The notes beneath the pieces are model-generated. The model made no database searches and had not been told where the DNA came from. It saw only the letters and a program-made list of their open reading frames with translations. A stretch of DNA of 64,000 nucleotides from a virus: positions 2,692 through 66,691 of IMG/VR virus record IMGVR_UViG_3300044713_000119; one strand, 5' to 3'. Of the stretch, positions 34,471 to 43,708 are shown one piece after another (position 1 is the stretch's first letter; the number at the start of each line of letters is the position of its first letter). Both the position numbers and the translations under genes were made by a program.

Positions 34471-35766
34471 ATGGCCGCAACAAATGTACTACAAGAAGTC
34501 GATCCCAAACAGCAGTGGTTAGCCGACCGGAAGCACTTTATCGGCGGCTCGGAAATCTATCAACTCCTCAACGAACCTCAGTATGGTCAAGGTTGTGTGC
34601 GTGCTCTGGCCTACGACAAGTTGGATGTTCCGCCCGACTACCCGGACCAGATTGACAATCCGCTCCGGTCGCGCCTATTCAAGAGGGGCCACATCATGGA
34701 GCCTGTTGCGGCTGCACTGTATGCCGAGGAAACTGGCCGCAAACTGCGCAATGCTCCAATGGATGCAAACGGGTTACCGAAGGCCAAGATTCATCCTGAG
34801 TTTCCATGGGCAGGTGTCCATTACGACCGCTTGGTTCTCGCTGGCAGTGGAGGCGTAACCGAAACCGGTACCGCAGAAATCAAATCTCGCGGCAAGGGTC
34901 CATACCTGCAGATGCTCAAGTCTGGTTGTTTCCCAGGCGACGTGTTACAGACTCAGCACGGCATGTTCGTGAACCGTCACAACTGGGGCACGTTCATTGC
35001 GATCGGTTTATTCGACTCACGTGGCGACGAAGACGGTATGGGCGCCCTGCCACTCAAACACTTCGACATGAAGCGCGACGAACTGATCATCGACGTAATC
35101 AAACACGCTGGCGAAAGGTTCGCGGAGACCGTGTTCGTAAAGCGCGAACTCCCCGACCGCCCGTTTGCCGGCGACGATGCCCGTTGTAAGGTCTGTGCGT
35201 GGCGCATGGAGTGCCGCGGGGAAGAACTGGACGCCGCCGAAGCCGCGCGGCTGAAAGCCATCAAGAAAGGCGACCGTGCCTTAGTCCAGATCGAGAACGC
35301 AGAACTAGCTCAACGGCTGGCGAGCCGGGATCTCACCAAGGCACAGCTTCGCACCATCACCAACCCAGACCCAAGCAAGAACTTCCCTGATCCTGGGGAT
35401 CTTGACCGCGAAGAATCGCGCATCAAGGAACTGCTGGGAGAGAATGTGGCTGTCAATGTCGAAGGCTACGGCAAGGTCTATTACGACTGGCGTGCTGGCC
35501 GTACCACGATGGAGATTGGCAAAGCGATGGAATACCTGAAAGACATCGCCAAGCAAGCCTCTGGTCTGGCCGTGGCCGCCGAAGTTTTATCCAATAAACC
35601 TGGCTGGAACGAAGTCGAGTTTGCTGAGATGGTGGGCACACTGGCTCAGGCAGTCACGGTGCTCAAGAATGTAGAAGCGATGCCGGAGGTTGTCTCATCG
35701 AAGTTCTGTAAGGTCGGAGAACCTTACCGGATGCTGCAAACGTTTCCCAACAAGGTTTCTTCCTGA
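34471..35766 (+). CDS. YqaJ-like (lambda Exo family) recombination exonuclease
   Basis: WLADRKHFIGGSE, RGHIMEP, YDRL, AEIKS, LQTQHGM PD-(D/E)XK motifs plus CKVCAWRMEC. Confidence 0.85.
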   Translation: MAATNVLQEVDPKQQWLADRKHFIGGSEIYQLLNEPQYGQGCVRALAYDKLDVPPDYPDQIDNPLRSRLFKRGHIMEPVAAALYAEETGRKLRNAPMDANGLPKAKIHPEFPWAGVHYDRLVLAGSGGVTETGTAEIKSRGKGPYLQMLKSGCFPGDVLQTQHGMFVNRHNWGTFIAIGLFDSRGDEDGMGALPLKHFDMKRDELIIDVIKHAGERFAETVFVKRELPDRPFAGDDARCKVCAWRMECRGEELDAAEAARLKAIKKGDRALVQIENAELAQRLASRDLTKAQLRTITNPDPSKNFPDPGDLDREESRIKELLGENVAVNVEGYGKVYYDWRAGRTTMEIGKAMEYLKDIAKQASGLAVAAEVLSNKPGWNEVEFAEMVGTLAQAVTVLKNVEAMPEVVSSKFCKVGEPYRMLQTFPNKVSS

Positions 35767-35874
35767 ACGCGCGACCATTGCTCTGGCGTGCCAACGGGAA
35801 GATGAGAACCGGGCGGTTCAAGTGCAACCCAGACTTGCCGCCCGGTCGAAACACAAATCATAGGAGGCTTACAA

Positions 35875-37044
35875 ATGGCCACTCGAAGCATTCACACAAC
35901 ACCACTCGAAGATGACTTTCAGCAAGACGAAAGCCCCACCACAGAACTCGCCGTGCGCCGCGACGTGGCGCGAGTCGTTCAGGAAGTCCAGGGAGCAATC
36001 ATCGTTGCGCAGCGCTTTCCGCGCAATGAAGACGAAGCCCGCGTCAAACTATTGCGCGCCTGCAAGCGTCCAACGTTTGCAGAAAACGCCGAGTATGAGT
36101 TTCCCCGCGGCGGCAATGATGTATCCGGGCCCAGCGTCCAGCTTGCACGCGAAGCTGCGCGAGTCTGGGGAAACATTCAATATGGTTTTGAGATCGTTTC
36201 CGAAGACGAAGTCTGGCGCTCGATTCGTGCCTACGCTTGGGATGTAGAGACAAACTCGAAACCGTTCCAAGAGGACCGCTTCAAGAAACTTATCTACCGG
36301 AAAGCGAATGGTGGCCAGTGGGTAAAGCCGGATGAGCGCGACTTGCGGGAGCTCACCAACCGTCGGGCAGCCATCTGTTACCGCAACTGCATCCTGCAAG
36401 TCATTCCAAGCGACTTGATTCAGGAAGCGATCGAGCAGTCACGGATGACTCTACGCGACCGCGCCGCCGCAGATCCAGACGGCGAACGCAAACGTATCTT
36501 GGACGCCTTCGCTAACGACCTGAACGTGATGCCGAACTCAGTGGAGGCAATCCTTGGGCACTCTGTTACCGAGGCAAGCCCGGTCGAGATTGCTAAACTG
36601 CGAGCCATCTACAAATCGATCCGTGACGGCAACTCAACGCTAAACGACTACCTGCAATCGTCGGCACCAGGCCAGGACACCAGCCTTGCCGGCAAGAGTG
36701 CAGAAGTCATCACTGGCATTCGGGACCGTTACACGAAGTCTCAGCAACCAGTCTCTGAGGGTTCGAAAGCAGCCGTAGGCCATACGGAAGCCTCCGCGAA
36801 CCCTCAGACGCCGTCGGCGCAACAGACCTCCCCCAAAGAGGAGCCAGCGCCGGCGGCAGAATTATCTCCAGCCGAGAAAGAACGCAAGAGCATGCTGGAA
36901 GCAGAAGCCGACCGGCAGAAACGAGCACTGGACGAGCACTTACGCTCCAAGAAGCACGGCGAGCACCCGGCCACGCCGCTCGCTTCTCCAGAAGGCATTT
37001 TTGATGATAACGATGGAATAAATCGTGGCAGGAGATCCGAGTGA
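35875..37044 (+). CDS. Putative single-strand annealing protein / recombinase
   Basis: EVQGAIIVAQRFPR...YEFPRGG..VSGPSVQLAREAARVWGN family, typically found next to YqaJ; acidic C-terminal tail. Confidence 0.6.
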   Translation: MATRSIHTTPLEDDFQQDESPTTELAVRRDVARVVQEVQGAIIVAQRFPRNEDEARVKLLRACKRPTFAENAEYEFPRGGNDVSGPSVQLAREAARVWGNIQYGFEIVSEDEVWRSIRAYAWDVETNSKPFQEDRFKKLIYRKANGGQWVKPDERDLRELTNRRAAICYRNCILQVIPSDLIQEAIEQSRMTLRDRAAADPDGERKRILDAFANDLNVMPNSVEAILGHSVTEASPVEIAKLRAIYKSIRDGNSTLNDYLQSSAPGQDTSLAGKSAEVITGIRDRYTKSQQPVSEGSKAAVGHTEASANPQTPSAQQTSPKEEPAPAAELSPAEKERKSMLEAEADRQKRALDEHLRSKKHGEHPATPLASPEGIFDDNDGINRGRRSE

Positions 37045-37694
37045 GTCTAACACGTAACGCGATCAGGGTTGGCCAGCAGTTCGGTAAGCTCACGGCCTGC
37101 TGGCCAGTCATGCGTGTCAAATATGGCAAACAGTTGTGGCTGGTCATGTGCCGCTGCGGAGAAATGCGTGTTTGCCAATCAGATAATCTCAGGAGCGGGC
37201 ACACCGCCTCTTGTGGCTGTCTTATTGCCGACCGTCGCAGCGCTTTGTCTAAGACTGAACGCCAGCGAACATACGCGAAACAGTGGGCTCTAAAACACAG
37301 ATGCCGAGTGATTAGCGCTAGAACCAGATGGCATCGCCTGAATCCCAAAGCCCGTAGTGCCCACAAACTTGTCGAGTATGCTTTGAAATTGGGTGTTCTT
37401 GTGAAATCAGAGACGTGCGAGGGCTGTGGCGCAGCGAGCGAACTGGAAGGTCACCACCATAATGGATACGACAAACCATTAGAGGTACAGTGGCTCTGCT
37501 CGCCTTGTCACGTCGCAACAATGAATCGCCCAAATGCACGGAAGCTGTACTGTAAACGACAGCATGAGTTTACTCCCGACAACACCTACACTGACCCAAC
37601 CGGGAAACGGTATTGCAAGACGTGCGAGCGCATCAGGGCTCAACGTCGGCGGAAGCGTGGCGCCGAGGATGAAGTTAGACGCGGTGGCGAGTAG
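37041..37694 (+). CDS. HNH homing endonuclease with N-terminal Cys domain and C-terminal zinc finger
   Basis: GQQFGKLT...CRCG...LRSGHTASCGC; CEGCG...EGHHHNGYDKPLEVQWLCSPCH; CKRQHEFTPDNTY...CKTC. Confidence 0.8.
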   Translation: MSLTRNAIRVGQQFGKLTACWPVMRVKYGKQLWLVMCRCGEMRVCQSDNLRSGHTASCGCLIADRRSALSKTERQRTYAKQWALKHRCRVISARTRWHRLNPKARSAHKLVEYALKLGVLVKSETCEGCGAASELEGHHHNGYDKPLEVQWLCSPCHVATMNRPNARKLYCKRQHEFTPDNTYTDPTGKRYCKTCERIRAQRRRKRGAEDEVRRGGE

Positions 37695-37812
37695 TTCAAT
37701 CAAGCACAGGAAAGGAGGTACTGCTGGGACAACCTGCTTATTCAAAATGAGAGCTTGTTTCTTTACCCTGCGCACTACCATGAGCGGTGCGCAGGCATGG
37801 AGGCAAGATCAG

Positions 37813-37974
37813 ATGGCAGAGAGCGTACCACTTGAATCGTGGAAACCAGATCATCCAGAGGGAACGCTCTACGCCTACGACCAGCAACGTAATCAAATCA
37901 TCGCGAAGTTGCCGGACGGAACCTTGCTCCATTACGACCTAGATGACCCACACAAAGGAGACTCCGCACAATGA
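37813..37974 (+). CDS. Small hypothetical protein
   Basis: RBS GGAGG, start MAESVPLESW, coupled to the next gene. Confidence 0.45.
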   Translation: MAESVPLESWKPDHPEGTLYAYDQQRNQIIAKLPDGTLLHYDLDDPHKGDSAQ

Positions 37975-38195
37975 GCACAGTGATCGGCAAAGCAGTAGGA
38001 ACCTTGCAAGTCGAACGTACAAGGCTGGTGAATCAGGTCCGCAATCTGGATCTGGCGATCTCAGCTATGCGACACTTGGGCAAGTTTGCAAGTGCCAACG
38101 GAAAGCCACGAAGCCGGATGTCGAACGCTGCGCGCCGGCGGATTGCAGCCGCACAGCGAGCGCGGTGGTCAGCATGGCGAAAGAAACAGAAGTAA
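37971..38195 (+). CDS. Small basic nucleoid-associated-like protein
   Basis: Coiled coil plus MSNAARRRIAAAQRARW motif. Confidence 0.65.
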   Translation: MSTVIGKAVGTLQVERTRLVNQVRNLDLAISAMRHLGKFASANGKPRSRMSNAARRRIAAAQRARWSAWRKKQK

Positions 38196-38266
38196 CTCAA
38201 TCGGTCTTTGGCTCCCACTACGGACTTGGGACCAGGTCGTATGCCCGGTCCACGGAGAAGCGAGCC

Positions 38267-38452
38267 ATGGACAAAGAACGTGCGACGGTGACGGCAAAGT
38301 ACGAAGCGTCACCGCGGCAGGAGATTGTGATAGGACCGTTTTGCAGTTGCCGGGCATTTCGCTTTGGACACTCGCTCGACGCACACAGGAGTAAGTTGAA
38401 AAGCGAAATGGACTGGCGTACACCCCAGGAAGTGAATCGGTATCCGTTATGA
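38267..38452 (+). CDS. Small hypothetical protein (CSC...H motif)
   Basis: RBS GGAG, coupled to the next gene. Confidence 0.45.
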   Translation: MDKERATVTAKYEASPRQEIVIGPFCSCRAFRFGHSLDAHRSKLKSEMDWRTPQEVNRYPL

Positions 38453-38850
38453 ATAGCCGTCTTAAACCCGGTCAACTGTGCCCACTGCATAGAAGGCGGG
38501 ATTGTTGCGGAAGAGAACCGCTCAAGCCGAAGCCTGCGAAATATCGGCAGAGTTGTGGAGTTACGTACTTTCCAGATGGTCGTGAAAAATGTACGCCTTC
38601 CGCTCTAAGGCGGCGAAAAGACGCTCTTCTCAAAGAATGGAACGAGTGTGGATTTTGCGGCGAAGCGTTTACAGACTACCGTGATGTGGATCTGTGTCAC
38701 AAAATACCGAAAGGTGCCGGCGGATACAAACGCGATGATTCATGGGAGAACATTTTCCTCGGACATCGCTCGGAAAATATTGAGTGTGGCAGCCGAACGC
38801 TTGCTGATTACCTTGCCTGGCGCAAGGAGAAAGGGCTACCGACACCATGA
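38449..38850 (+). CDS. HNH endonuclease
   Basis: CGFCG...DLCHKIPKGAGG...DSWENIFLGHRSEN. Confidence 0.7.
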   Translation: MNSRLKPGQLCPLHRRRDCCGREPLKPKPAKYRQSCGVTYFPDGREKCTPSALRRRKDALLKEWNECGFCGEAFTDYRDVDLCHKIPKGAGGYKRDDSWENIFLGHRSENIECGSRTLADYLAWRKEKGLPTP

Positions 38851-38865
38851 GCACACTTAGCGACC

Positions 38866-39099
38866 TTGGGCCACGCCGAGAAAGTTTGTATCGTACTGTT
38901 CTTGGTTATAGCCTTTGGGCTTGGATATTTTATAGACCACCAGCCGGCACATGAGTTCACCCTCGACCACCCAGAGACCGTCTGTGTCGGGCTTGTGGAC
39001 AAGAACGGTGCTGAGAGTGGCCCACAGTGTTTTACATACATCGGTGCGAAGGAAGCAGTTGGTTATGTGATCTACATGAATCCGACGGGGCACCCATGA
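38866..39099 (+). CDS. Small membrane/secreted protein
   Basis: N-terminal TM VCIVLFLVIAFGLGYFI; start uncertain. Confidence 0.4.
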   Translation: MGHAEKVCIVLFLVIAFGLGYFIDHQPAHEFTLDHPETVCVGLVDKNGAESGPQCFTYIGAKEAVGYVIYMNPTGHP

Positions 39100-39281
39100 A
39101 GCCTGCTGACAAAATCACGATGGCTCTCCTTGCTGCGAAACTGGCCAAGGAATCGCTGGAGTTGCTGACCATCGACTCTCAGGGCTTGGCGCGGCTCCAG
39201 TTTCGTCAGATCGTTGCAGACCTGAAAGCCCTGGATGAGCACGTTAACGGAGTGACGGGTAGTCCGATGGTGCGACCATGA
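39096..39281 (+). CDS. Hypothetical protein
   Basis: ATGA-coupled at both ends. Confidence 0.5.
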   Translation: MKPADKITMALLAAKLAKESLELLTIDSQGLARLQFRQIVADLKALDEHVNGVTGSPMVRP

Positions 39282-39616
39282 TCCAACAAGCTCTCGACTT
39301 TCCCGATGAAACACAAGCAGGCATCCAGGCAGCCTATGACCACGCCAATAAGCAATGGCGTGCGACCGCCTACTGTGTCGTAGGAAAACTAGCGGCCGAG
39401 AGAAGCACATTTACCTGTGACGACGTAGCCGCGGAGATGGACAAGTTCTATGCCCGGACTCACAACCTCAGAGCTCTCGGCCCGGTAATGATTCGCATTC
39501 GCAACGAGAAAATAGCAGAACCCACAGGAGAGTACGTCAACTCCGTGAGAAAGAACCAGCATCACTGCCCAATTAAAGTTTGGCGGTCGTTGGTGTGGAG
39601 GTTGAAGAAGCCGTGA
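39278..39616 (+). CDS. Winged-helix-like phage protein
   Basis: FTCDDV...RALGPV...H..PIKVWRS family pattern. Confidence 0.55.
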   Translation: MIQQALDFPDETQAGIQAAYDHANKQWRATAYCVVGKLAAERSTFTCDDVAAEMDKFYARTHNLRALGPVMIRIRNEKIAEPTGEYVNSVRKNQHHCPIKVWRSLVWRLKKP

Positions 39617-41157
39617 AGGCGAGAATCCTGGTTGGCGACGTGCTGGAGAAACTGCGCACACTGGCTGATGAGTCCGTGCATTGTGTGGTCACGTCGCCGC
39701 CCTACTGGGGCCTGCGCAACTATGGGATTCCGGCAAGTATCTGGCCCGTCCAGCGAAGTCAAGGCGTTGTTCGCTGCAGCAACGGGGACCATCTCTGGGG
39801 CGACATGGTAACCGAGAACGCGACCAACCACACCGACAAACGTCGCTGGCAGCACACTCGCAACGGCCGAGACGAAGAACAGCCAAGCGATAAGCGTGTC
39901 GCGTGGCTGCGCACCGAAGTTCCACAGGGGCAATTCTGTTCTCTTTGCGGAGCATGGGCCGGCTGCTTCGGCCTTGAGCCCACTCCTGAACTCTACGTCG
40001 AACACTCGGTAACGATCTTCCGCGAGATACGCCGGGTACTCCGCAAAGACGGAAGTTTGTGGTTGAACCTTGGAGATTCCTACTCCAACGACACAAAGTG
40101 GGGAGGCACCTCGGGAGGAAAGAACTATACAAGTGCGGCTGGAGGTTATCAAGGCCAGCGGGTGCGCCGCGGCAAGGACTGCGACCCCAAGCGTGGTCCG
40201 GCTGCTCCAGGACAACCATTTCAAGCGAACAATTCCGGCTTGAAACCAAAAGACCTGGTTGGAATGCCGTGGCGTGTCGCTTTTGCACTGCAGGCCGATG
40301 GCTGGTGGCTTCGCCAATGGATGCCATGGATCAAGAGAAATAGCATGCCTGAGAGTTGCGAGGACCGCCCCGGAACCTCAGTCGAAACGATGTTCCTACT
40401 CTCGCAGTCTGCCCGGTACTTCTACGATCACGAAGCGGTAAAGATGCCAGCAGCGGGAACGGCACACGACAGAGGCAATGGCGTCAATCCGAAAGCGCTG
40501 CATAATGCGACCCGCAAGGACCGAGCGAAAGCAGACCACATGCGCGGTCCTACGGAAATGATGAACGGTATCCGCCCACGCCAGAATGATTCGTTCTCCG
40601 CTGCCGTGAATGAGGTTGTGCTGGCGCGCGGTCGACGCCAGCACGATTGGTTCATAGACTCCTGGCAGGGGTTGCTTACTGACGATGCCGGCGAACCCTT
40701 GGCGCTGGTCGTGAATCCAGCACCATTCCCAGATGCGCACTTTGCCACCTTCCCGCCGGCGTTGGTTGAGCCCTGCATCCTAGCTGGGACCAGCGAGAAA
40801 GGTTGCTGCTTAGCCTGCGAAGCACCGTGGGAACGGATCGTAGAAAACAAGCCGATGGTGATTGACAGGAGTCCGAGGACGCATGAGATGGGGCGAACAC
40901 GCACAAGCGGCACGATGGTTGAGCCGGCTAAAAGTATTACCGTTGGCTGGCAGCCCACATGTGACTGTGAAGGCCCACAAAAGACGGTTCCCTGTAAGGT
41001 GCTTGATCCCTTCGGCGGCTCTGGAACAACCGCCATGGTGGCCCTACGCTATCACCGAGACGCCATCCTGGTGGAGCTCAACCCAGGGTACGCCGCCATG
41101 GCGCAGCGTCGTATCAAGAACGACGCTCCCATGTTCAACGAGGTCACCACTGCATGA
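39613..41157 (+). CDS. N4-C/N6-A DNA methyltransferase (beta class)
   Basis: VTSPPYWGLR catalytic motif; HFATFP; VLDPFGGSGTT SAM-binding motif; GTG start overlaps the upstream stop. Confidence 0.92.
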   Translation: MKARILVGDVLEKLRTLADESVHCVVTSPPYWGLRNYGIPASIWPVQRSQGVVRCSNGDHLWGDMVTENATNHTDKRRWQHTRNGRDEEQPSDKRVAWLRTEVPQGQFCSLCGAWAGCFGLEPTPELYVEHSVTIFREIRRVLRKDGSLWLNLGDSYSNDTKWGGTSGGKNYTSAAGGYQGQRVRRGKDCDPKRGPAAPGQPFQANNSGLKPKDLVGMPWRVAFALQADGWWLRQWMPWIKRNSMPESCEDRPGTSVETMFLLSQSARYFYDHEAVKMPAAGTAHDRGNGVNPKALHNATRKDRAKADHMRGPTEMMNGIRPRQNDSFSAAVNEVVLARGRRQHDWFIDSWQGLLTDDAGEPLALVVNPAPFPDAHFATFPPALVEPCILAGTSEKGCCLACEAPWERIVENKPMVIDRSPRTHEMGRTRTSGTMVEPAKSITVGWQPTCDCEGPQKTVPCKVLDPFGGSGTTAMVALRYHRDAILVELNPGYAAMAQRRIKNDAPMFNEVTTA

Positions 41158-41414
41158 GAGCCCACCTTCTCAGTTCTGAACTTCCAGCTCTCGAAGGCTC
41201 AGGCTATACCATGCCCTGCGGAGCCAAGATCCAGAGAGCGAAGTTTGCTCTGATCTGGGATTCTCAAGTCATGGGAGAGCCAGCAGCGTTGTCAACGATG
41301 ATGTTCTGCAAGAAGTGTGTGGTGGCTTTCGGAAACGAAGTGCTCCAAGGGACAGGCGCCGGAGCCAGGCGCTACTTGTTTGGGATCGTGGAAGCCACGT
41401 CGGATGAGGTATGA
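41154..41414 (+). CDS. Hypothetical protein (Cys motifs)
   Basis: 86 aa, ATGA-coupled. Confidence 0.5.
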   Translation: MRAHLLSSELPALEGSGYTMPCGAKIQRAKFALIWDSQVMGEPAALSTMMFCKKCVVAFGNEVLQGTGAGARRYLFGIVEATSDEV

Positions 41415-41487
41415 ACCAAGTTTTACAACGCGGCGCAGATTTTCACAGTTGTTATTGTAACGTTTTGGTGGTTACAGTAACGTTCTT

Positions 41488-42381
41488 ATGGCTGGATACG
41501 CGAAACTATTCTCACGGATTCTTGACTCGACGGTTTGGCGCGAAGACAACGAAACACGGATTCTCTGGATCACCATGTTAGCCCTAGCGGACCAGGACGG
41601 GGTCGTCCACTGCACCATCCCTGGGCTCGCTGACCGCGCGCGAATAACGCTCGATGAGTGTGAAAATGGACTCACACGCTTCCAGCGACCAGATAAATAC
41701 TCTTGGAGTAAAGAGGAAGAGGGGCGGCGTATTAGGCCGGTTGAGGGTGGTTGGTTTCTTATAAACCATGCTAAATACAGGCAGTTAATGTCGAAGGAAG
41801 AACAGGCTGAAAAAACTCGCATCCGTGTTGAGCGTCATCGTGCAGCCAAGAAAGCGGCGTTACAAGCCGTTACACCTGTTACATCTAACGATTGTAACGA
41901 TATAGCAGAAGCAGAAGCAGACTCACCTACACCTGCAAAAGAAGTCAAAGGCGCTCCGCCAACCGATCTACACCCTCTCCAGTACGCAACTCGGTTGATG
42001 GAGGAAATTAAAATGCCGGCCACCCAGACCAACCTTCGAACAGTGGCGGCAGCCATCAAGGCTTTAATGGGCGAGAAGTCTGGTGGTGCGGCCTACGAAT
42101 TTTTGCTAGCGCAGGCCCTAGACGCGATCGATGAAGGTATCACTCTGGACAAATTCTGGTTTGAGGATTCGAGGTGGAAAGGAAGTTTCCGTGGCCAACC
42201 AACAAAAACCGAAGAACGAATTAGTAAAAACCGAGCCGCAATCATCGAAGGACTCGGTCTTGGCAAGAATGCTGGATCTAGCTTCCCAGATGATGGGAAA
42301 ACAATTGATGCCGGAGGAGATCAGGCTTTGGCAAAAAGCTCTCACCCGCGAGACCCCGGCGGCAATCGAAGCAGCCTTTGA
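41488..42381 (+). CDS. Replication initiator (lambda O / replisome-organiser-like)
   Basis: YAKLFSRILDSTVW...WITMLALAD...GLADRA...NHAKYR N-domain; EAEAD linker; internal repeats. Confidence 0.8.
   Translation: MAGYAKLFSRILDSTVWREDNETRILWITMLALADQDGVVHCTIPGLADRARITLDECENGLTRFQRPDKYSWSKEEEGRRIRPVEGGWFLINHAKYRQLMSKEEQAEKTRIRVERHRAAKKAALQAVTPVTSNDCNDIAEAEADSPTPAKEVKGAPPTDLHPLQYATRLMEEIKMPATQTNLRTVAAAIKALMGEKSGGAAYEFLLAQALDAIDEGITLDKFWFEDSRWKGSFRGQPTKTEERISKNRAAIIEGLGLGKNAGSSFPDDGKTIDAGGDQALAKSSHPRDPGGNRSSL
41859..41920. repeat. Putative replication origin iterons
   Basis: GTTACA at 41859, 41869 and 41878, TGTAAC at 41893, then AGCAGA x3, inside the initiator gene; TGTAAC/GTTACA also at 41456 and 41471. 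Confidence 0.55.
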
Positions 42382-42583
42382 GCAGTTTCTGTTGGTTGGC
42401 AGTTACTTCCCTAAACCGGTGGAGATTTTGACGCTGATTCAGCAGGGGCGACACCAAGACGTTGAAGTGTACCGGGCACCCACCCAGGAGGAGATTGATC
42501 GACTCAAGGCGGACCAAGCCGGTTTCTTTGCGTCACCTGAGTACAAAGCCTTCATCAAACGCATGGATGGGAAAACACTGTGA
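42191..42583 (+). CDS. Helicase loader/inhibitor-like protein (lambda P / G39P-like)
   Basis: W..AL...IEAAF...SYFPKPVEI motif, directly after the initiator. Confidence 0.55.
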   Translation: MANQQKPKNELVKTEPQSSKDSVLARMLDLASQMMGKQLMPEEIRLWQKALTRETPAAIEAAFEQFLLVGSYFPKPVEILTLIQQGRHQDVEVYRAPTQEEIDRLKADQAGFFASPEYKAFIKRMDGKTL

Positions 42584-42936
42584 AAGAAGCCGATGTTCTG
42601 AAAACGATATTGGGTGGCTTGGCAGCGAAGCGAATTTTTGCTATCAGGATGAACCAGGGCGTGTCGCGGGTAGGAAAGCGATACATTCCCTTCAATTCTG
42701 CCGGGCGTGGCACAGCGGACATCCTGGCGTTCCTGCGGCATGAAATATGGCCGCAGTCGAACACAGTGGCGTGGACCATCACCCCTCTCTGGCTGGAGGT
42801 TAAATCCGACGCCGGCCGCCAGTCATCAGAGCAGAAGTCGTTTGAGGCCCATGTTCGGTCCCAAGGGCATGAGTACCTAGTGGCGAGATCGTGGGAAGAC
42901 GTAGAGCAGTGTTTGGCGAAACTTGGCGAAGGCTAG
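42580..42936 (+). CDS. VRR-NUC domain nuclease / Holliday junction resolvase
   Basis: KEADV...GTADIL...WLEVKSDAGRQSSEQKSF...YLVARSWEDV. Confidence 0.88.
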   Translation: MKEADVLKTILGGLAAKRIFAIRMNQGVSRVGKRYIPFNSAGRGTADILAFLRHEIWPQSNTVAWTITPLWLEVKSDAGRQSSEQKSFEAHVRSQGHEYLVARSWEDVEQCLAKLGEG

Positions 42937-42967
42937 GAACGGGGTCGCTGCCCTAGGGTAAGAAAAT

Positions 42968-43177
42968 ATGAAAGTCAGAAATCATGCGGACATTCCGACA
43001 GATACCGTGATCGAGATGGCAAAGCTGCGCTATCTACTTTACGAGGCGATTGTGGAACTCGCATATGTGCAAGAGGCCGAAGATCACACCCAGTGTGCGT
43101 CTGCAAAAGGGAAACTGATCGTTGAGCGCGGTATGAAGCTGCTCGGCGTTGATGATCTGTCGAGGGAATATTTGTGA
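42968..43177 (+). CDS. Hypothetical accessory protein
   Basis: 69 aa, flanked by GGGTCGCTGCCC direct repeats. Confidence 0.6.
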   Translation: MKVRNHADIPTDTVIEMAKLRYLLYEAIVELAYVQEAEDHTQCASAKGKLIVERGMKLLGVDDLSREYL

Positions 43178-43220
43178 TTCAAGGGTCGCTGCCCCAAGCA
43201 GCGAGAAAGCAGGATGATTT

Positions 43221-43586
43221 ATGGCAGGAAGTCAGAGTGAGTTAATCGATAAATTGCAGGCCGAGAATGCCTATTTGCGGCAGCGGCTAGACATAAACCA
43301 AAAGGAAGAAGTGCGGGCCTATGCTCCATTAGAGAATCAAGCCGCGCAGTGCGCTGGACAGATGCAGTCGCCAGAGTCCGTCATCGACTTCCTTTTCACC
43401 TTCCACGATGACCCGGACAAGACTCCGCACTATGTTGAGATTCGGGAATCGGCAAAGCAGTTCGCCAAGGTGGTCATACGGCACACTCCGTTCGGTGGGC
43501 CTGATCGCGTGACTGCCGTCCAGAAAATACGTGAGGCTGTCATGTTCGCCAATGCGTGCGTGGCCCTGAGTGGAAGAGGACTCTAG
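43221..43586 (+). CDS. Acb2/Tad1-like helical-hairpin protein (putative immune-signal sponge)
   Basis: IDFLFTFH...YVEIRESAKQFAKVV...P...DRVTAVQKIREAVMFANACVAL matches the FTYH...IR..AK...EA.MWANA.IA hairpin pattern. Confidence 0.6.
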   Translation: MAGSQSELIDKLQAENAYLRQRLDINQKEEVRAYAPLENQAAQCAGQMQSPESVIDFLFTFHDDPDKTPHYVEIRESAKQFAKVVIRHTPFGGPDRVTAVQKIREAVMFANACVALSGRGL

Positions 43587-43708
43587 AGCAGCGAGAAAGG
43601 TCAGTGTTGAGATGTGCCGCGGCAAGGGCTGGTGTAAACGCTGACGGACGCGGAGGCGGAATGAAGCTAGTCGTCGTCGCACATTTGAGAACTGACGCTC
43701 GGAGAGCC

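Noticed and set aside
35770-35855. tRNA-like element between yqaJ and the annealase gene
   Set aside because: Only one long hairpin (CCGGGCGG/CCGCCCGG); no cloverleaf or properly placed T-loop
39562-41036. Several 200-250-aa minus-strand ORFs
   Set aside because: Antisense shadows of the N4/N6 methyltransferase
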